A stretch of DNA of 64,000 nucleotides from Myxococcota bacterium (lineage in GTDB: Bacteria > Myxococcota_A > UBA9042 > PHBI01 > JAWLBL01). The position numbers and the translations under genes are program-made. The notes beneath the pieces are model-generated. The model made no database searches and was not told the origin of the DNA. It saw nothing but the letters and a program-made list of their open reading frames with translations. The stretch is from the NCBI GenBank assembly GCA_041687695.1, contig JAWLBL010000012.1, positions 1 through 64,000 on the forward strand, read 5' to 3'. This document shows positions 38,381-48,153 of the stretch, piece after piece (position 1 is the first letter of the stretch; every line of letters starts with the position of its first letter).

Positions 38381-40555
38381 TCAGACCCAGCCGACCGTCT
38401 CGAGATCCCAGCGCTTCCAGGCGCCGTCGACCTCGCCGTAGAGGTCGCGCGAGCCGGCGAGGACCTTGAAGCGGGTGGCGGTCGCGACGGCCGCCGGGTC
38501 GTCGAGGCGGGCGCTGGCCTCGGCCTCGGGCAGGGCGTGGAAGGTCACGACCAGCTCGTCCGCGGAGAGATCGACCACCGCGCAGCCGTGGGAGGCGACC
38601 TCGGCGAAGGCGAGGTGCGGGTTGGGCTTGGTGTCCTTGGCCTCGAGGAAGGACTTGACGCCGGCGGCCAGCGCGACGGCCCCGGCGGCCTTGAGGATCG
38701 GGTCGGCGCTGGCGGCGCGGATGAGGATGGAGCGGTAGGTGGTCGACGAGATGCCCGAGGTGACGAACTCGGGGACGCGGGCGCCCTTGTCGCCTCGCGC
38801 GTGGGGGGTGCCCGCGAAGAAGGCGTGGCGGTCGCCGGTGAGGGCGACGACGTTGTCGACCGGGGCCAGCGCCGTCATGACCTGGTCGGCGCGGTCGGGC
38901 ATGCCGGCCCAGTCCTCGGCCGACAGCAGGAACTTCTGGGCGAAGGCGGGCGGCAGCGATGAGATGGGGCGCAGATCCACGCCCAGCGGCATCAGGCAGT
39001 AGGGGTTGCCCCACAGCTTCCAGGTGCGGGTGGACGTCTGCATCGTCTCGAGGAACCAGGCCTGTTGCGCGTCGCCCAGGATGTGCTGGCTGGCGCCGTC
39101 GGTGTCGGCCCAGCGCTTGGCGGCCCACAGCTCGAAGGGCTCGCGCACGACCAGGTCGCGCGTGCCGATGGAGGCGTAGGGCGTGTTCTTGCCCATGTGG
39201 TGGAAGGCCACGCCGAGCGGGAGGCCGTCGGGATCGATGGACGGGATGACCACCGGATCCGGGTTGGTCTGGTTGAAGCGCTCGACCACGCCGTTGACCC
39301 ACGAGACGCTGAGCAGGCCGGTGATGCGGGCGGGGTCGTAGCCCTCGGCCTCGGCGGCGTTCTTCAGGACGTCGAGGTAGGAGCCCTCGGCGTGGGTGTC
39401 GATGTCGACGTAGGCCGAGGCGTAGCCGGGCACCTCGCCGGCCAGGGCGACGAGGTCGTCCTGGGTCAGCGCGACGGCGCCCGGGAGCGCGTCCTCGGGG
39501 ATGAGGTGGTCGGCGCGGTAGCTGCGCGCGTCGGTCATCACGACGTGGGCGTGGGCGCCCCAGCCGAAGTCGCGGTAGATGCGGAGGTCGCCGGGGAAGG
39601 GGGCGGCCGGGTCGTAGGTCAGCGCCGGCTCGCCGACCGGCATGTGCTCGCTCCAGGCCTGGTTGGCGGCCTTGCGGCGCGCGACGTCGGCCTCGTCGGT
39701 GCGCCCGTTGGCGTAGGTCCCGTGCTGCTGCCAGGCGTCGTTCGAGAACTCGTGGTCGTCCCAGACGGCGATCATCGGCCAGCGCTCGTGGACGGCCTGC
39801 AGATCGGGGTCGGAGCGGTAGATCTTGTAGAGTTCCCGATAGTTGTCGAGTGATCGCGCCGCGTGGTAGGGCGCGGCGGGGTCGCCCAGGGCGATGGCGC
39901 CGTCGACGTCGGTGAAGGCGACGGCGCGGCCGGGGTGGGCGTCCTGGAAGAGCGGGTCCGAGGTGGTCTCGTAGACGTAGTCGCCGAGGTGCAGGACGAA
40001 GTCGAGGTCGGCGTCCTGCTGCAGCAGCAGGCGATAGGGGTTGTAGTACTTGCCGTTGAAGTCCTGGCAGGACACGAAGGCGAAGCGGGCCGGGACGTCG
40101 GCGTCGGCGGCGGGCGCGGTGCGGGTGCGGCCGGCGCGGCTGGCCATGAGGACGTCGCCCGAGGGGACCAGGAAGCGGTAGTAGTAGGTGGTTCCGGCGG
40201 TCAGGCCGGCGACGCGCACCTTGAGGCAGTGGTCGGCGGCGGCCTCGGCGGTGAGGGCCAGCTGCGGGGCGCCGTCGAGCTCGACGAGGGCGGTGAAGTC
40301 GGGGTCGGTCGCGACCTCGAGGAGGATCGCCAGATCGTCGGCGGGCGCGGCGGGGTCGACGGCGCGCGTCCACAGGATGACGCTGTCGGGCCGGGGGTCG
40401 CCCGAGGCGACCGACTGCGGGAACAGGGCCTCGCCGGGTTCGACGGCCTTGGGCTGGGGCTGGGCGGCCCCGTCGTCGTCGCAGCCGGCGCCGCCGCCGA
40501 GCAGGGTCGCGCCGGCCGCCGCCAGGGTGATCTTCAGGAAGGTTCGCCGCTGCAT
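38381..40555 (-). CDS. phoD: Alkaline phosphatase D (Tat-exported lipoprotein)
   Basis: MQRRTFLK...GAGC, SVASGDP, LHLGDYVYE, WDDHEF, TGDRH. Confidence 0.93.
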   Translation of the reverse strand: MQRRTFLKITLAAAGATLLGGGAGCDDDGAAQPQPKAVEPGEALFPQSVASGDPRPDSVILWTRAVDPAAPADDLAILLEVATDPDFTALVELDGAPQLALTAEAAADHCLKVRVAGLTAGTTYYYRFLVPSGDVLMASRAGRTRTAPAADADVPARFAFVSCQDFNGKYYNPYRLLLQQDADLDFVLHLGDYVYETTSDPLFQDAHPGRAVAFTDVDGAIALGDPAAPYHAARSLDNYRELYKIYRSDPDLQAVHERWPMIAVWDDHEFSNDAWQQHGTYANGRTDEADVARRKAANQAWSEHMPVGEPALTYDPAAPFPGDLRIYRDFGWGAHAHVVMTDARSYRADHLIPEDALPGAVALTQDDLVALAGEVPGYASAYVDIDTHAEGSYLDVLKNAAEAEGYDPARITGLLSVSWVNGVVERFNQTNPDPVVIPSIDPDGLPLGVAFHHMGKNTPYASIGTRDLVVREPFELWAAKRWADTDGASQHILGDAQQAWFLETMQTSTRTWKLWGNPYCLMPLGVDLRPISSLPPAFAQKFLLSAEDWAGMPDRADQVMTALAPVDNVVALTGDRHAFFAGTPHARGDKGARVPEFVTSGISSTTYRSILIRAASADPILKAAGAVALAAGVKSFLEAKDTKPNPHLAFAEVASHGCAVVDLSADELVVTFHALPEAEASARLDDPAAVATATRFKVLAGSRDLYGEVDGAWKRWDLETVGWV

Positions 40556-40726
40556 GGTCACTTCTCCGAGGTCCGTCGCGCGCGAGCGTAGCGGAGGCGG
40601 CCGGTCGCGTCGATGGCGGCCGCGAGGGGGCGGCGGCGCCGGCCGCGGCGGCGTCGGCGGGGTCTCCTTGCGCCGGCCGAGCGGCTCTGGTTCCATGGGC
40701 GCAGCTCGGGAAAAGGACGGGGACAC

Positions 40727-42805
40727 ATGCGGAGCGCGTGCGGGTGGTCGGCGTCTGAGGGCGCGGTGCGGGCGGCGGCGCTGGTCGGGATCCTCTCCGC
40801 GGCCCTTTGGGCCTGCGGTGACATCACGGTGCCGTCGGGCGGCGGCGGGGACACGGACGCCGACGGCACGGTGAAGTCCTGCCAGTCGAACGACGACTGT
40901 CAGTCGAACAAGAGCTGCCGCATCGGGACGTGCGAGACCGACGGGACGTGCTCGTACGTCATCGTCGGCGGGTCCTGCTACATCGGTCAGAGCTGCTACC
41001 TGGACGGCCAGGAGCAGCCGGGCAACCGCTGCCGGGTGTGCTCGCCGTCGCTGGTGGCGACCGAGTTCGTCAACAAGTCGTGTCCGACCGGGACGGCCTG
41101 CAACCCGGCCAACGGGCAGTGCGAGGGCGGCGGGATCCCCGACGCGACCGGGGACACGGGCGGAGACGCCGGCGGAGACGTCGCGGCGGACGTGACGGTG
41201 GACGTCGAGCCGGACGAGGGCGGGCCCGACGTGTCGCCCGATGTCGCGGACGTCGAGGAGGACGTCGCGGACGTCACGGACGTCGAGGACGTCGAGGACG
41301 CGGACGACGGCGACACGGTGGCTGACGCGGGCGACGCGGGCGACGTCGAGCCCGACGTGCCGGTGCTGACGTGCGCGGACATCCCGCCGGTCGGGTGCTG
41401 CACGGCGGCGGGGAACGTCAAGCGGTGCGTCGGGGGCGAGGTGGTCGAGCAGAGCTGCGACTACGGCCACATCGGTGTGCAGGCGGCTTGCGGGTACGTC
41501 GCCGAGTTCGACTTCGGGGGTTACCAGTGCGTGCCGGCGGCGATGGCAGGGCCGATGCCCGACGCGCCGTACCTGTGCCCGGGCGAGGTGTGCGACGGGT
41601 CGGTGTGCGAGGGCAAGGACTGCGGGTTCGACTGCGGACAGAGCTGCGGGTCGTGTGAGGACGGGCTGCTGTGCGACTGGGGGACGACGACCTGCACCGG
41701 GTGCGGGTGCGACGGCAAGACGTGCGGGAGCGACCCGTGCACGGGGCAGTCGTGCGGGACGTGCGCGAGCGGGACGTGGTGCCCGTACGACACGTGCGTG
41801 CCGTGCACGTGCGACGGCTACGAGTGCGGCACGAACCCGTGCGGGGAGGACTGCGGGACGTGCGGCGAGGGGGCGTTCTGCGAGTTCCTGGGCGTGTCGA
41901 GCATGTGCTTGCCGTGCTCGTGCGAGGGCAAGGCGTGCGGCGACGACGGGTGCGGCAACAGCTGCGGCGAGTGCGGCGAGGGCGAGACGTGCCAGGAGGG
42001 GGCCGGGGGGCCGTCGCAGTGCGTGGCGTGCGAGTGCGCGCCCGGGCAGACCTGCGGGAGTGACAACTGCGGCAACAGCTGCGGCGAGTGCGAGGCGGGG
42101 GCGTTCTGCAACTGGGACGCGGCGGGGGCGCCGCAGTGCGAGGCCTGCTCGTGCGAGGCCAAGGTCTGCGGATACGACCCCTGCGGTCAGCACTGCGGCG
42201 ACTGCCCCGGTGGGATGTGGTGCAACGAGTCGTGGCTGACCTCGGAGTGCCTGCCGTGCTCGTGCGACGGCAAGGAGTGCGGCTACGACCAGTGCGGCAC
42301 CCTGTGCGGCGACTGCGCTGAGGGCGAGTACTGCCAGGACCAGTGGAACGAGGCCACGTGCCAGGCCTGCAGCTGCGACGGCAAGGAGTGCGGCTACGAC
42401 CAGTGCGGCAACGAGTGTGGGCAGTGCCCGAGCGGCAGCCTGTGCGACTGGCAGGGCCTGTGCCAGCCCTGCACACCGTGCGACCAGGTCTGCGGCTACA
42501 ACGAATGCGGCGAGCTCTGCGGCACGCCCTGCCCCGACGGGCAATACTGCAACCAGAACGGCAGCCCCAACCTGTGCCAGGACTGCAGCTGCGCGGGCTT
42601 CAAGTGCGGCTCCGACCCCTGCGGCAACCTCTGCTCGCCCTGCAACGGTGACTGCTGCACCGTCAACGGCTCGGCCGGCTGCAACGACGAGGCCATCACC
42701 GCCTGCGTCTGCAAGGCCGACCCCTACTGCTGCCAGGTCACCTGGGACAACCTCTGCAAGAACGAGGTGACCAGCCTGGGCTGCGGCACCTGCGCGGCGC
42801 AATAG
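40727..42805 (+). CDS. Cysteine-rich repeat surface lipoprotein
   Basis: Lipobox LWAC, Asp-rich linker, about 10 repeats CxCxGKxCGxDxCGxxCGxC, terminal CC...CVC..DPYCC...WD..C module. Confidence 0.85.
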   Translation: MRSACGWSASEGAVRAAALVGILSAALWACGDITVPSGGGGDTDADGTVKSCQSNDDCQSNKSCRIGTCETDGTCSYVIVGGSCYIGQSCYLDGQEQPGNRCRVCSPSLVATEFVNKSCPTGTACNPANGQCEGGGIPDATGDTGGDAGGDVAADVTVDVEPDEGGPDVSPDVADVEEDVADVTDVEDVEDADDGDTVADAGDAGDVEPDVPVLTCADIPPVGCCTAAGNVKRCVGGEVVEQSCDYGHIGVQAACGYVAEFDFGGYQCVPAAMAGPMPDAPYLCPGEVCDGSVCEGKDCGFDCGQSCGSCEDGLLCDWGTTTCTGCGCDGKTCGSDPCTGQSCGTCASGTWCPYDTCVPCTCDGYECGTNPCGEDCGTCGEGAFCEFLGVSSMCLPCSCEGKACGDDGCGNSCGECGEGETCQEGAGGPSQCVACECAPGQTCGSDNCGNSCGECEAGAFCNWDAAGAPQCEACSCEAKVCGYDPCGQHCGDCPGGMWCNESWLTSECLPCSCDGKECGYDQCGTLCGDCAEGEYCQDQWNEATCQACSCDGKECGYDQCGNECGQCPSGSLCDWQGLCQPCTPCDQVCGYNECGELCGTPCPDGQYCNQNGSPNLCQDCSCAGFKCGSDPCGNLCSPCNGDCCTVNGSAGCNDEAITACVCKADPYCCQVTWDNLCKNEVTSLGCGTCAAQ

Positions 42806-42815
42806 CCGAAACGAT

Positions 42816-42858
42816 GGGGCCGGAGCGAGCGTGCGCTGTGCCCGCTCGCTCCGGCCCC
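42816..42858. terminator. Hairpin between convergent genes
   Basis: GGGGCCGGAGCGAGCG-N11-CGCTCGCTCCGGCCCC, a perfect 16-bp stem. Confidence 0.65.
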
Positions 42859-42898
42859 GTCCCTCGATGAGACGAACCCAGGCCTGAGGGACGTCGGA

Positions 42899-44245
42899 CT
42901 ACTCGGTGGGCGGCAGCAAGACCGCGTCGATGACGTGGATGATGCCGTTGGAGGCCTCGACGTCGGCCGTCACCACCGTGGCGTCGTTGATCATCACCGT
43001 GCCGTTGGAGACGGTGATGGCGACCGTCTCGCCCTGCACGGTCGTCAGCTCGGCCAGGGTCACGATCTCGCTCGACGGCACCGAGTCGGCGACGACGTGG
43101 TACAGCAGGACCTCCCCGAGCGCGTCGGGATCGGCCAGCAGCGCGTCGAGCGCGCCCTCGGGCAGCGCGTCGAAGGCCGCATCGGTCGGCGCGAACACCG
43201 TGAACGGCCCGTCGCCCGACAGCGTCGCCGTCAGGCCCGCCGCCTCGACGGCCGCCAGCAGCGTCGTGAAGTCGCCCGCCGCCGTCGCCACCTCGATGAT
43301 GGTGCCGGGCCCGGGCTCGGGCGGCAGCAGCACCGCGTCGATGACGTGGATGATGCCGTTGGAGGCCTCGACGTCGGCCGTCACCACCGTGGCGTCGTTG
43401 ATCATCACCGTGCCGTTGGAGACGGTGATCGCGACCGTGTCGCCCTGCACGGTCGTCAGCTCGGCCAGCGTCACGATCTCGCTCGACGGCACCGCGCGGG
43501 CGACGACGTGGTAGAGCAGGACCTCCTCTAGCGCGTCGGGGTCGGCCAGCAGCGCGTCCAGCGCGCCCTCGGGCAGCGCGTCGAAGGCCGCGTCGGTCGG
43601 CGCGAACACCGTGAACGGCCCGTCGCCCGACAGCGTCGCCGTCAGGCCCGCCGCCTCGACGGCCGCCAGCAGCGTCGTGAAGTCGCCCGCCGCCGTCGCC
43701 ACCTCGATGATGGTGCCGGGCCCGGGCTCGGGCGGCAGCAGCACCGCGTCGATGACGTGGATGATGCCGTTGGAGGCCTCGACGTCGGCCGTCACCACCG
43801 TGGCGTCGTTGATCATCACCGTGCCGTTGGAGACGGTGATCGCGACCGTGTCGCCCTGCACGGTCGTCAGCTCGGCCAGCGTCACGATCTCGCTCGACGG
43901 CACCGCGCGGGCGACGACGTGGTAGAGCAGGACCTCCTCTAGCGCGTCGGGGTCGGCCAGCAGCGCGTCCAGCGCGCCCTCGGGCAGCGCGTCGAAGGCC
44001 GCGTCGGTCGGCGCGAACACCGTGAACGGCCCCGCGCCCGTCAGCGTGGCGTTCAGCCCAGCCGCCTCGATGGCCGCCAACAACGTCTCGAAGCGTCCGT
44101 CGGCCTCGGCGACCTCGAGGATGTTGCCTGGTCCGGTCGGTTTCACTTCACCGTCGTCGTCGTCGCAGCCCGCCCCGACGGCGGCCAACATCCCGAGACC
44201 GAGCGCGACGCACGCCCAGCGGCCCATGAGCCCAAGTCGAATCAT
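42899..44245 (-). CDS. Triple fasciclin (FAS1) domain lipoprotein
   Basis: Lipobox GAGC, three copies of GPFTVFAPTDAAF...LLYHVV...ASNGIIHVIDAVL, RBS AGGAGAGG. Confidence 0.95.
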   Translation of the reverse strand: MIRLGLMGRWACVALGLGMLAAVGAGCDDDDGEVKPTGPGNILEVAEADGRFETLLAAIEAAGLNATLTGAGPFTVFAPTDAAFDALPEGALDALLADPDALEEVLLYHVVARAVPSSEIVTLAELTTVQGDTVAITVSNGTVMINDATVVTADVEASNGIIHVIDAVLLPPEPGPGTIIEVATAAGDFTTLLAAVEAAGLTATLSGDGPFTVFAPTDAAFDALPEGALDALLADPDALEEVLLYHVVARAVPSSEIVTLAELTTVQGDTVAITVSNGTVMINDATVVTADVEASNGIIHVIDAVLLPPEPGPGTIIEVATAAGDFTTLLAAVEAAGLTATLSGDGPFTVFAPTDAAFDALPEGALDALLADPDALGEVLLYHVVADSVPSSEIVTLAELTTVQGETVAITVSNGTVMINDATVVTADVEASNGIIHVIDAVLLPPTE

Positions 44246-44301
44246 CTCGCCTCTCCTATCGGTGTCGTCGGCCTGTAGGGGCCAATCGTGGTGTGCAGCG
44301 G

Positions 44302-44370
44302 ACGGTAGGTGCCTGCCAGACGACGTGTCAACATTCTGAACCGATATACCCTGTTCACAATCTGAATACA
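44302..44370 (-). promoter_or_regulatory. Sigma70 promoter of the fasciclin gene with candidate CarH/CarA operator
   Basis: Minus strand TTGACA (44331-44326)-N18-TACCGT (44307-44302). Direct repeats TGTCAACATTCTGAAC (44326) and TGTTCACAATCTGAAT (44352). Confidence 0.65.
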
Positions 44371-44459
44371 CCGCCGCTAGGATCGGGAAGTGCTGGACTT
44401 CTGAACCGCTAGTGACCAGATTCCGAGCACCCGGACGCCCGCGAGAGGAGCCCTGGACC

Positions 44460-45401
44460 ATGCCGCCAAGCGACGGCCGCTTTCCGATGCGCGTGGTCAC
44501 GCGCCAGACCGGACTGCCGGCCGACACCATCCGAACCTGGGAGCGCCGCTACGGCGCCGTGGAGCCCGACCGCACGGAGGGTCAGACGCGGCGCTACTCG
44601 TCGGCCGAAATTCGTCGTCTCCTGCTTCTAAAGGCGGCCGTGGGTCAGGGTCACGCCATCGGCGCCATTGCGCAGCTGCCGGACGACGAGCTCGAGGCCC
44701 TCGCCGCCGCGGGCGCAGCTCCTCAGATACCCGCGACGACCACTCCCCTCGCGGTCGACGGCGGCCCGGCCGACCCGCTCGCGCCCCTGCGCGAGCACTA
44801 CCTGGACGCCGTCGCCCGCTTCGCCCCGCGAGAGGCCATGGATCTGCTGGCCCGCGCCGCCGCCCTGGTCCCCGCCCGCGACTTCGCCCTGCACGTGGCC
44901 GCGCCCGTCCTGGCCGCCGTGGGCCACCGCTGGGCCCACCAGGAGCTCGGCGTCGCCCAGGAGCACCTGGTCAGCGCCCAGCTCCGCGACCTGCTGGCCA
45001 CCCTGACCCGCCACCTCCCCACCGACCGCGGCGCCCCGCGCGTCCTGGTGGCGACCCCTGCGGGTCAACGGCACGACTTCGGCGCCCTCATCGGCGCGAT
45101 GCTGGTCGCCGCCCGCGGGCTCGAGCCCATCTTCCTGGGCGCCGACCTGCCGCTCGCCGACCTGCGCTGGGCCGCGCGCATGAGCCGCGCGTCGCTGACC
45201 CTGCTGTCGGTCGTCACCGACCTCGAGGGGCCCGCCGCGGAGGACACGCGCCGGACGATCGAGGCCCTGGCCGAGGAGACCCCGGTGTGGGTCGGCCTGG
45301 CCGAGGGACACGCCCTGACCCGCGCCCCGAGCCGCGCCCGCTGGTTCCACCGCTTCGAGGACCTCGATCTGGCGCTCGCCGACTTCCGTCCCAACCGCTG
45401 A
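44460..45401 (+). CDS. MerR-family cobalamin-binding regulator (CarH/CarA/LitR-like)
   Basis: MerR HTH TIRTWERRYG, W-x9-EH (WAHQELGVAQEH), B12 His motif GQRHDFG, FLGADLP. Confidence 0.88.
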   Translation: MPPSDGRFPMRVVTRQTGLPADTIRTWERRYGAVEPDRTEGQTRRYSSAEIRRLLLLKAAVGQGHAIGAIAQLPDDELEALAAAGAAPQIPATTTPLAVDGGPADPLAPLREHYLDAVARFAPREAMDLLARAAALVPARDFALHVAAPVLAAVGHRWAHQELGVAQEHLVSAQLRDLLATLTRHLPTDRGAPRVLVATPAGQRHDFGALIGAMLVAARGLEPIFLGADLPLADLRWAARMSRASLTLLSVVTDLEGPAAEDTRRTIEALAEETPVWVGLAEGHALTRAPSRARWFHRFEDLDLALADFRPNR

Positions 45402-45417
45402 GTCGCGGCAGCCGCGG

Positions 45418-46225
45418 TCAGGCGGCGGCGGGGAGGGGCTCGGCGGGGGCGGAGGCGAGGCGGCGGGCGACGAGGCGGCGGACGAAGTGGGCGCCGGCGA
45501 GGAGGAGGGCGCCGAGGGCGACCAGGGCGAGGTCGGTCCAGAAGAGGTAGGGGTTGCCGGTGGGCGCGAGGGGGAGGCGGGCGTTGAGGGCGCCGTCGAG
45601 GGCGGGGAGCAGGAGGAAGGTGAGGCCGGACAAGGCCAGCAGGTGGACCGCCGAGGCCGTGGCGCGCGGGAAGACGAGGGCGTAGCCGACGGAGGCGAGC
45701 CAGGCGCCCCAGAAGACGCGCTGCTCCCACGCGACGCGGTCGGCGAGGGCCTCGGGCAGGAGCTGGTTGGCGAGGAAGATGGCGGCGAGGGCCGCGGCGG
45801 CGCCGGCGCAGCCGCCCGAGGTGAGGCGGGCGATGAAGACGTCGACGCGGCGGCGGTTGCGGGCGCGGCGTTCGAGCCAGATCAGGTTGCCCGAGAGGAT
45901 GGTGAGCGCGCCGAAGAGGGCGAGCAGGGCGTAGAGGAGGCGGACGCCGTAGCCGCCGTACAGGCCCGAGTGCAGGAGGTAGGCCGCCTCGAGGGTCTTG
46001 GAGGTCGCGCCCGGGCCGCCGGGCTGGCCGACGTGGAGGAGCGCGCCGTCGCGGGCTGCGCGGACGCTGGCGAAGTGGTGCAGGCCGTCGTGCGCCCAGC
46101 CGCGGACGTCGATCCAGGCGGCCGCGTCGCCGGCGTGGTGGGCCGACAGGCGGTAGTGCAGCGCGTCCGGCAGAACCTGGCGCGCGGTGGCGAGGGCTGC
46201 GGCCGGATCGGGCGGCGGGGCGGGC
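45418..46225 (-). pseudogene. 3' half of a PepSY-associated TM helix protein (5' part missing)
   Basis: LHSGLYGGYGVRLLYALL...ILSGNLIWLERR is the C-terminal PepSY_TM motif. The N-terminal half and a credible start are absent. Confidence 0.65.
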
Positions 46226-46429
46226 GCCCGAGCGGGCGAGCAGCGCCAGGCAGGGGGCGGTGGCCAGGGCGGGGACCGCGAGGAGCACGCCGACGAGGTA
46301 GCGGAGGTCGCCCGAGGCGGGCAGGAGCGCCGGCAGGGCGATCGCGACGAGCAGCGCGGCGAGCGGGGCGCCGAGGACGGTGGCGGTGATGCGGCCGAGG
46401 CCGTGGCGGTGGTCACGGGCGCCGCTCAC
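46225..46429 (-). pseudogene. Small membrane protein truncated at the same junction
   Basis: GTG overlapping the upstream stop. GRITATVLGAPLAALL...LALLARSGAR, then the frame degenerates into out-of-frame PepSY sequence. Confidence 0.5.
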
Positions 46430-46761
46430 GGCAGGGCCTCGAGCAGGCCGAAGAGGCCCCCGACGGCGCACAGGGCGCGAGGACGAAGGGGGGGGCGGCG
46501 GGCGAGCGGGGTCAGGACGGCCATGGCCGACACGGCGCCGGTGAAATGGCCGATGGCGGCGGTGACGGCGGCGCCCCACGGCCCCGCGGCGATCGCGAGC
46601 CCGAGGACGGCGGCGGCGAGCGCCCAACCGGCGAGGGACAGCTGGCGGGCGCCAGGCGGCTGGCCTCCGCGGAGATCGCGTCGCCGCAGCCAGGCTCCGT
46701 ACAGCAGCGCGGCGGCGATCCAGAGCAGCAGTGGGGCGAGCGCGATCCTCGGCGCGACCAT
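46426..46761 (-). CDS. Small hydrophobic membrane protein of a PepSY/iron-uptake-type operon
   Basis: About 111 aa with 3-4 TM helices. First gene after the Fur-like box. Confidence 0.6.
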   Translation of the reverse strand: MVAPRIALAPLLLWIAAALLYGAWLRRRDLRGGQPPGARQLSLAGWALAAAVLGLAIAAGPWGAAVTAAIGHFTGAVSAMAVLTPLARRPPLRPRALCAVGGLFGLLEALP

Positions 46762-46780
46762 GTTGAACTCCATTCTCAAC
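46762..46780. promoter_or_regulatory. Fur-box-like 19-bp palindrome
   Basis: GTTGAACTCCATTCTCAAC (minus: TGAGAAT-G-GAGTTCA), an AT-rich island directly before the ATG. Confidence 0.55.
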
Positions 46781-46886
46781 ATCAACCAAGATCCCTGCGA
46801 CCGCTGGGCGTCCCGACGCGCAGGCGCGTCCGGACGGGCCGCGCGCGGCTTGTGGAGCGGCGCGGACGCGTGCCAGGCTGCGCCCC

Positions 46887-48137
46887 ATGGCCCACCTCCC
46901 CTCTCCCGAGCGCCAGGAGCTCCTCCTGACGCGACTCGCGACCCTGATCCGCCAGCGCGGCTGCGGCCCGTGGGTCAACGCGCCGCTGCTGACCCCGGAC
47001 GACCGGTGGTTCCCGGACCGCTGGACGCCCGACGCGGCGGGCGCGCGCGTGGTCTTGCGGCGCCTGATGCGCTACGCCGGCCTCGACCGCCTCGACCTGC
47101 ACCTGCAGGTCGTCCAGCGCCGAGGCAAGGTCCAGGCCCTCGACGCCTACGGCCGCCCCAGCCAGACCTGGCACTCGGGCGCCATCGGCTGGTTCGCCGG
47201 CATCGACGAGCTCGGCAAGTGCCACTTCGGGCTCGACGCTTCCCAGGTCGTCGACCCCGAGGCCCTCGTCGGCACGCTGGCCCACGAGGTCGCCCACGCC
47301 TACCGCCGCCACCACGCCCTCGAGGCGCCCGATCAGGGCGTCGAAGAGGAGCTGACCGACCTCACCACCGTCTTCTTGGGCTTCGGCCTCTTCACGACCA
47401 ACGGCAGCTACCGCTACCGCGCCAGCGGCCTGGACGGCGACGCGCTCGCGGGCGTGCAGTGGAGCCACCAGCAGGCCGGCTACCTGCCCCCCGAGGAGTT
47501 CTCGTTCCTGCTGGCCGCGCAGACCGTCTCGCGCGACGCGGCCCCCGCCCAGGTCAAGGCGCTCGCCGCCTCGCTCGAGCCCAACCAGCGCGCCTTCTTC
47601 AAGACGGCCCGCAAGCACCTGGGCCGCGACCGCCAGGCCCTGCGCGACCGGCTGGGCGTCCCGCCGCGCGACGCCTGGCCGCCCCCGCCCGATCTCGCGC
47701 GCCTGACCCGGCCGCAGGAGAGCAGCGAGCCCGCCCGCCCCGCTCCAACAAGCGCGCGGCCGGCCATCAACCAGGGCATGCCGGTCTTCCGCGTGCCGAC
47801 GCATCGCGGGGACGTCATCGGTCCGTTCGGGGCCGTGGCCGGGCTGGTCGCGGCGCTGGTCGCAGGCCTGGGCGGCCTCGCCGCGCTGGCCGTCATCGGC
47901 GCGAGCTGGCTCGGCGCCCGCGGGGCGGGGCGCGCGCTGACGCTGCGCGACGAGTGCTCGGATCCCGACTGCGCCGAGGTCATCCCGGCCGGCGCCGAGG
48001 TGTGCCCGGCGTGTGGCGGGTTGGTCGCCGGGAGCATCCGGTCGCGCAACGACCGCCTCGAGGCCGAAGAGGACTGGCTCGCGCGCCAGGGGCCGGCGAT
48101 CGAGCTCGAGGCGCGCTCGGAAGACGTCGTGGGCTGA
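46887..48137 (+). CDS. Hypothetical HExxH metallopeptidase-like membrane protein with C-terminal zinc ribbon
   Basis: TLAHEVAH...EELTD, TM hairpin, CSDPDC...CPACGG. Confidence 0.7.
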   Translation: MAHLPSPERQELLLTRLATLIRQRGCGPWVNAPLLTPDDRWFPDRWTPDAAGARVVLRRLMRYAGLDRLDLHLQVVQRRGKVQALDAYGRPSQTWHSGAIGWFAGIDELGKCHFGLDASQVVDPEALVGTLAHEVAHAYRRHHALEAPDQGVEEELTDLTTVFLGFGLFTTNGSYRYRASGLDGDALAGVQWSHQQAGYLPPEEFSFLLAAQTVSRDAAPAQVKALAASLEPNQRAFFKTARKHLGRDRQALRDRLGVPPRDAWPPPPDLARLTRPQESSEPARPAPTSARPAINQGMPVFRVPTHRGDVIGPFGAVAGLVAALVAGLGGLAALAVIGASWLGARGAGRALTLRDECSDPDCAEVIPAGAEVCPACGGLVAGSIRSRNDRLEAEEDWLARQGPAIELEARSEDVVG

Positions 48138-48153
48138 GCGGGGGCTGAGCGGG

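Noticed and set aside
36501..42802. 1290-aa and 1473-aa ORFs as giant fusion proteins
   Set aside because: Only their 3' parts (histidine kinase from about 38210, PhoD from 40555) have motifs and sensible starts. The 5' extensions overlap other genes.
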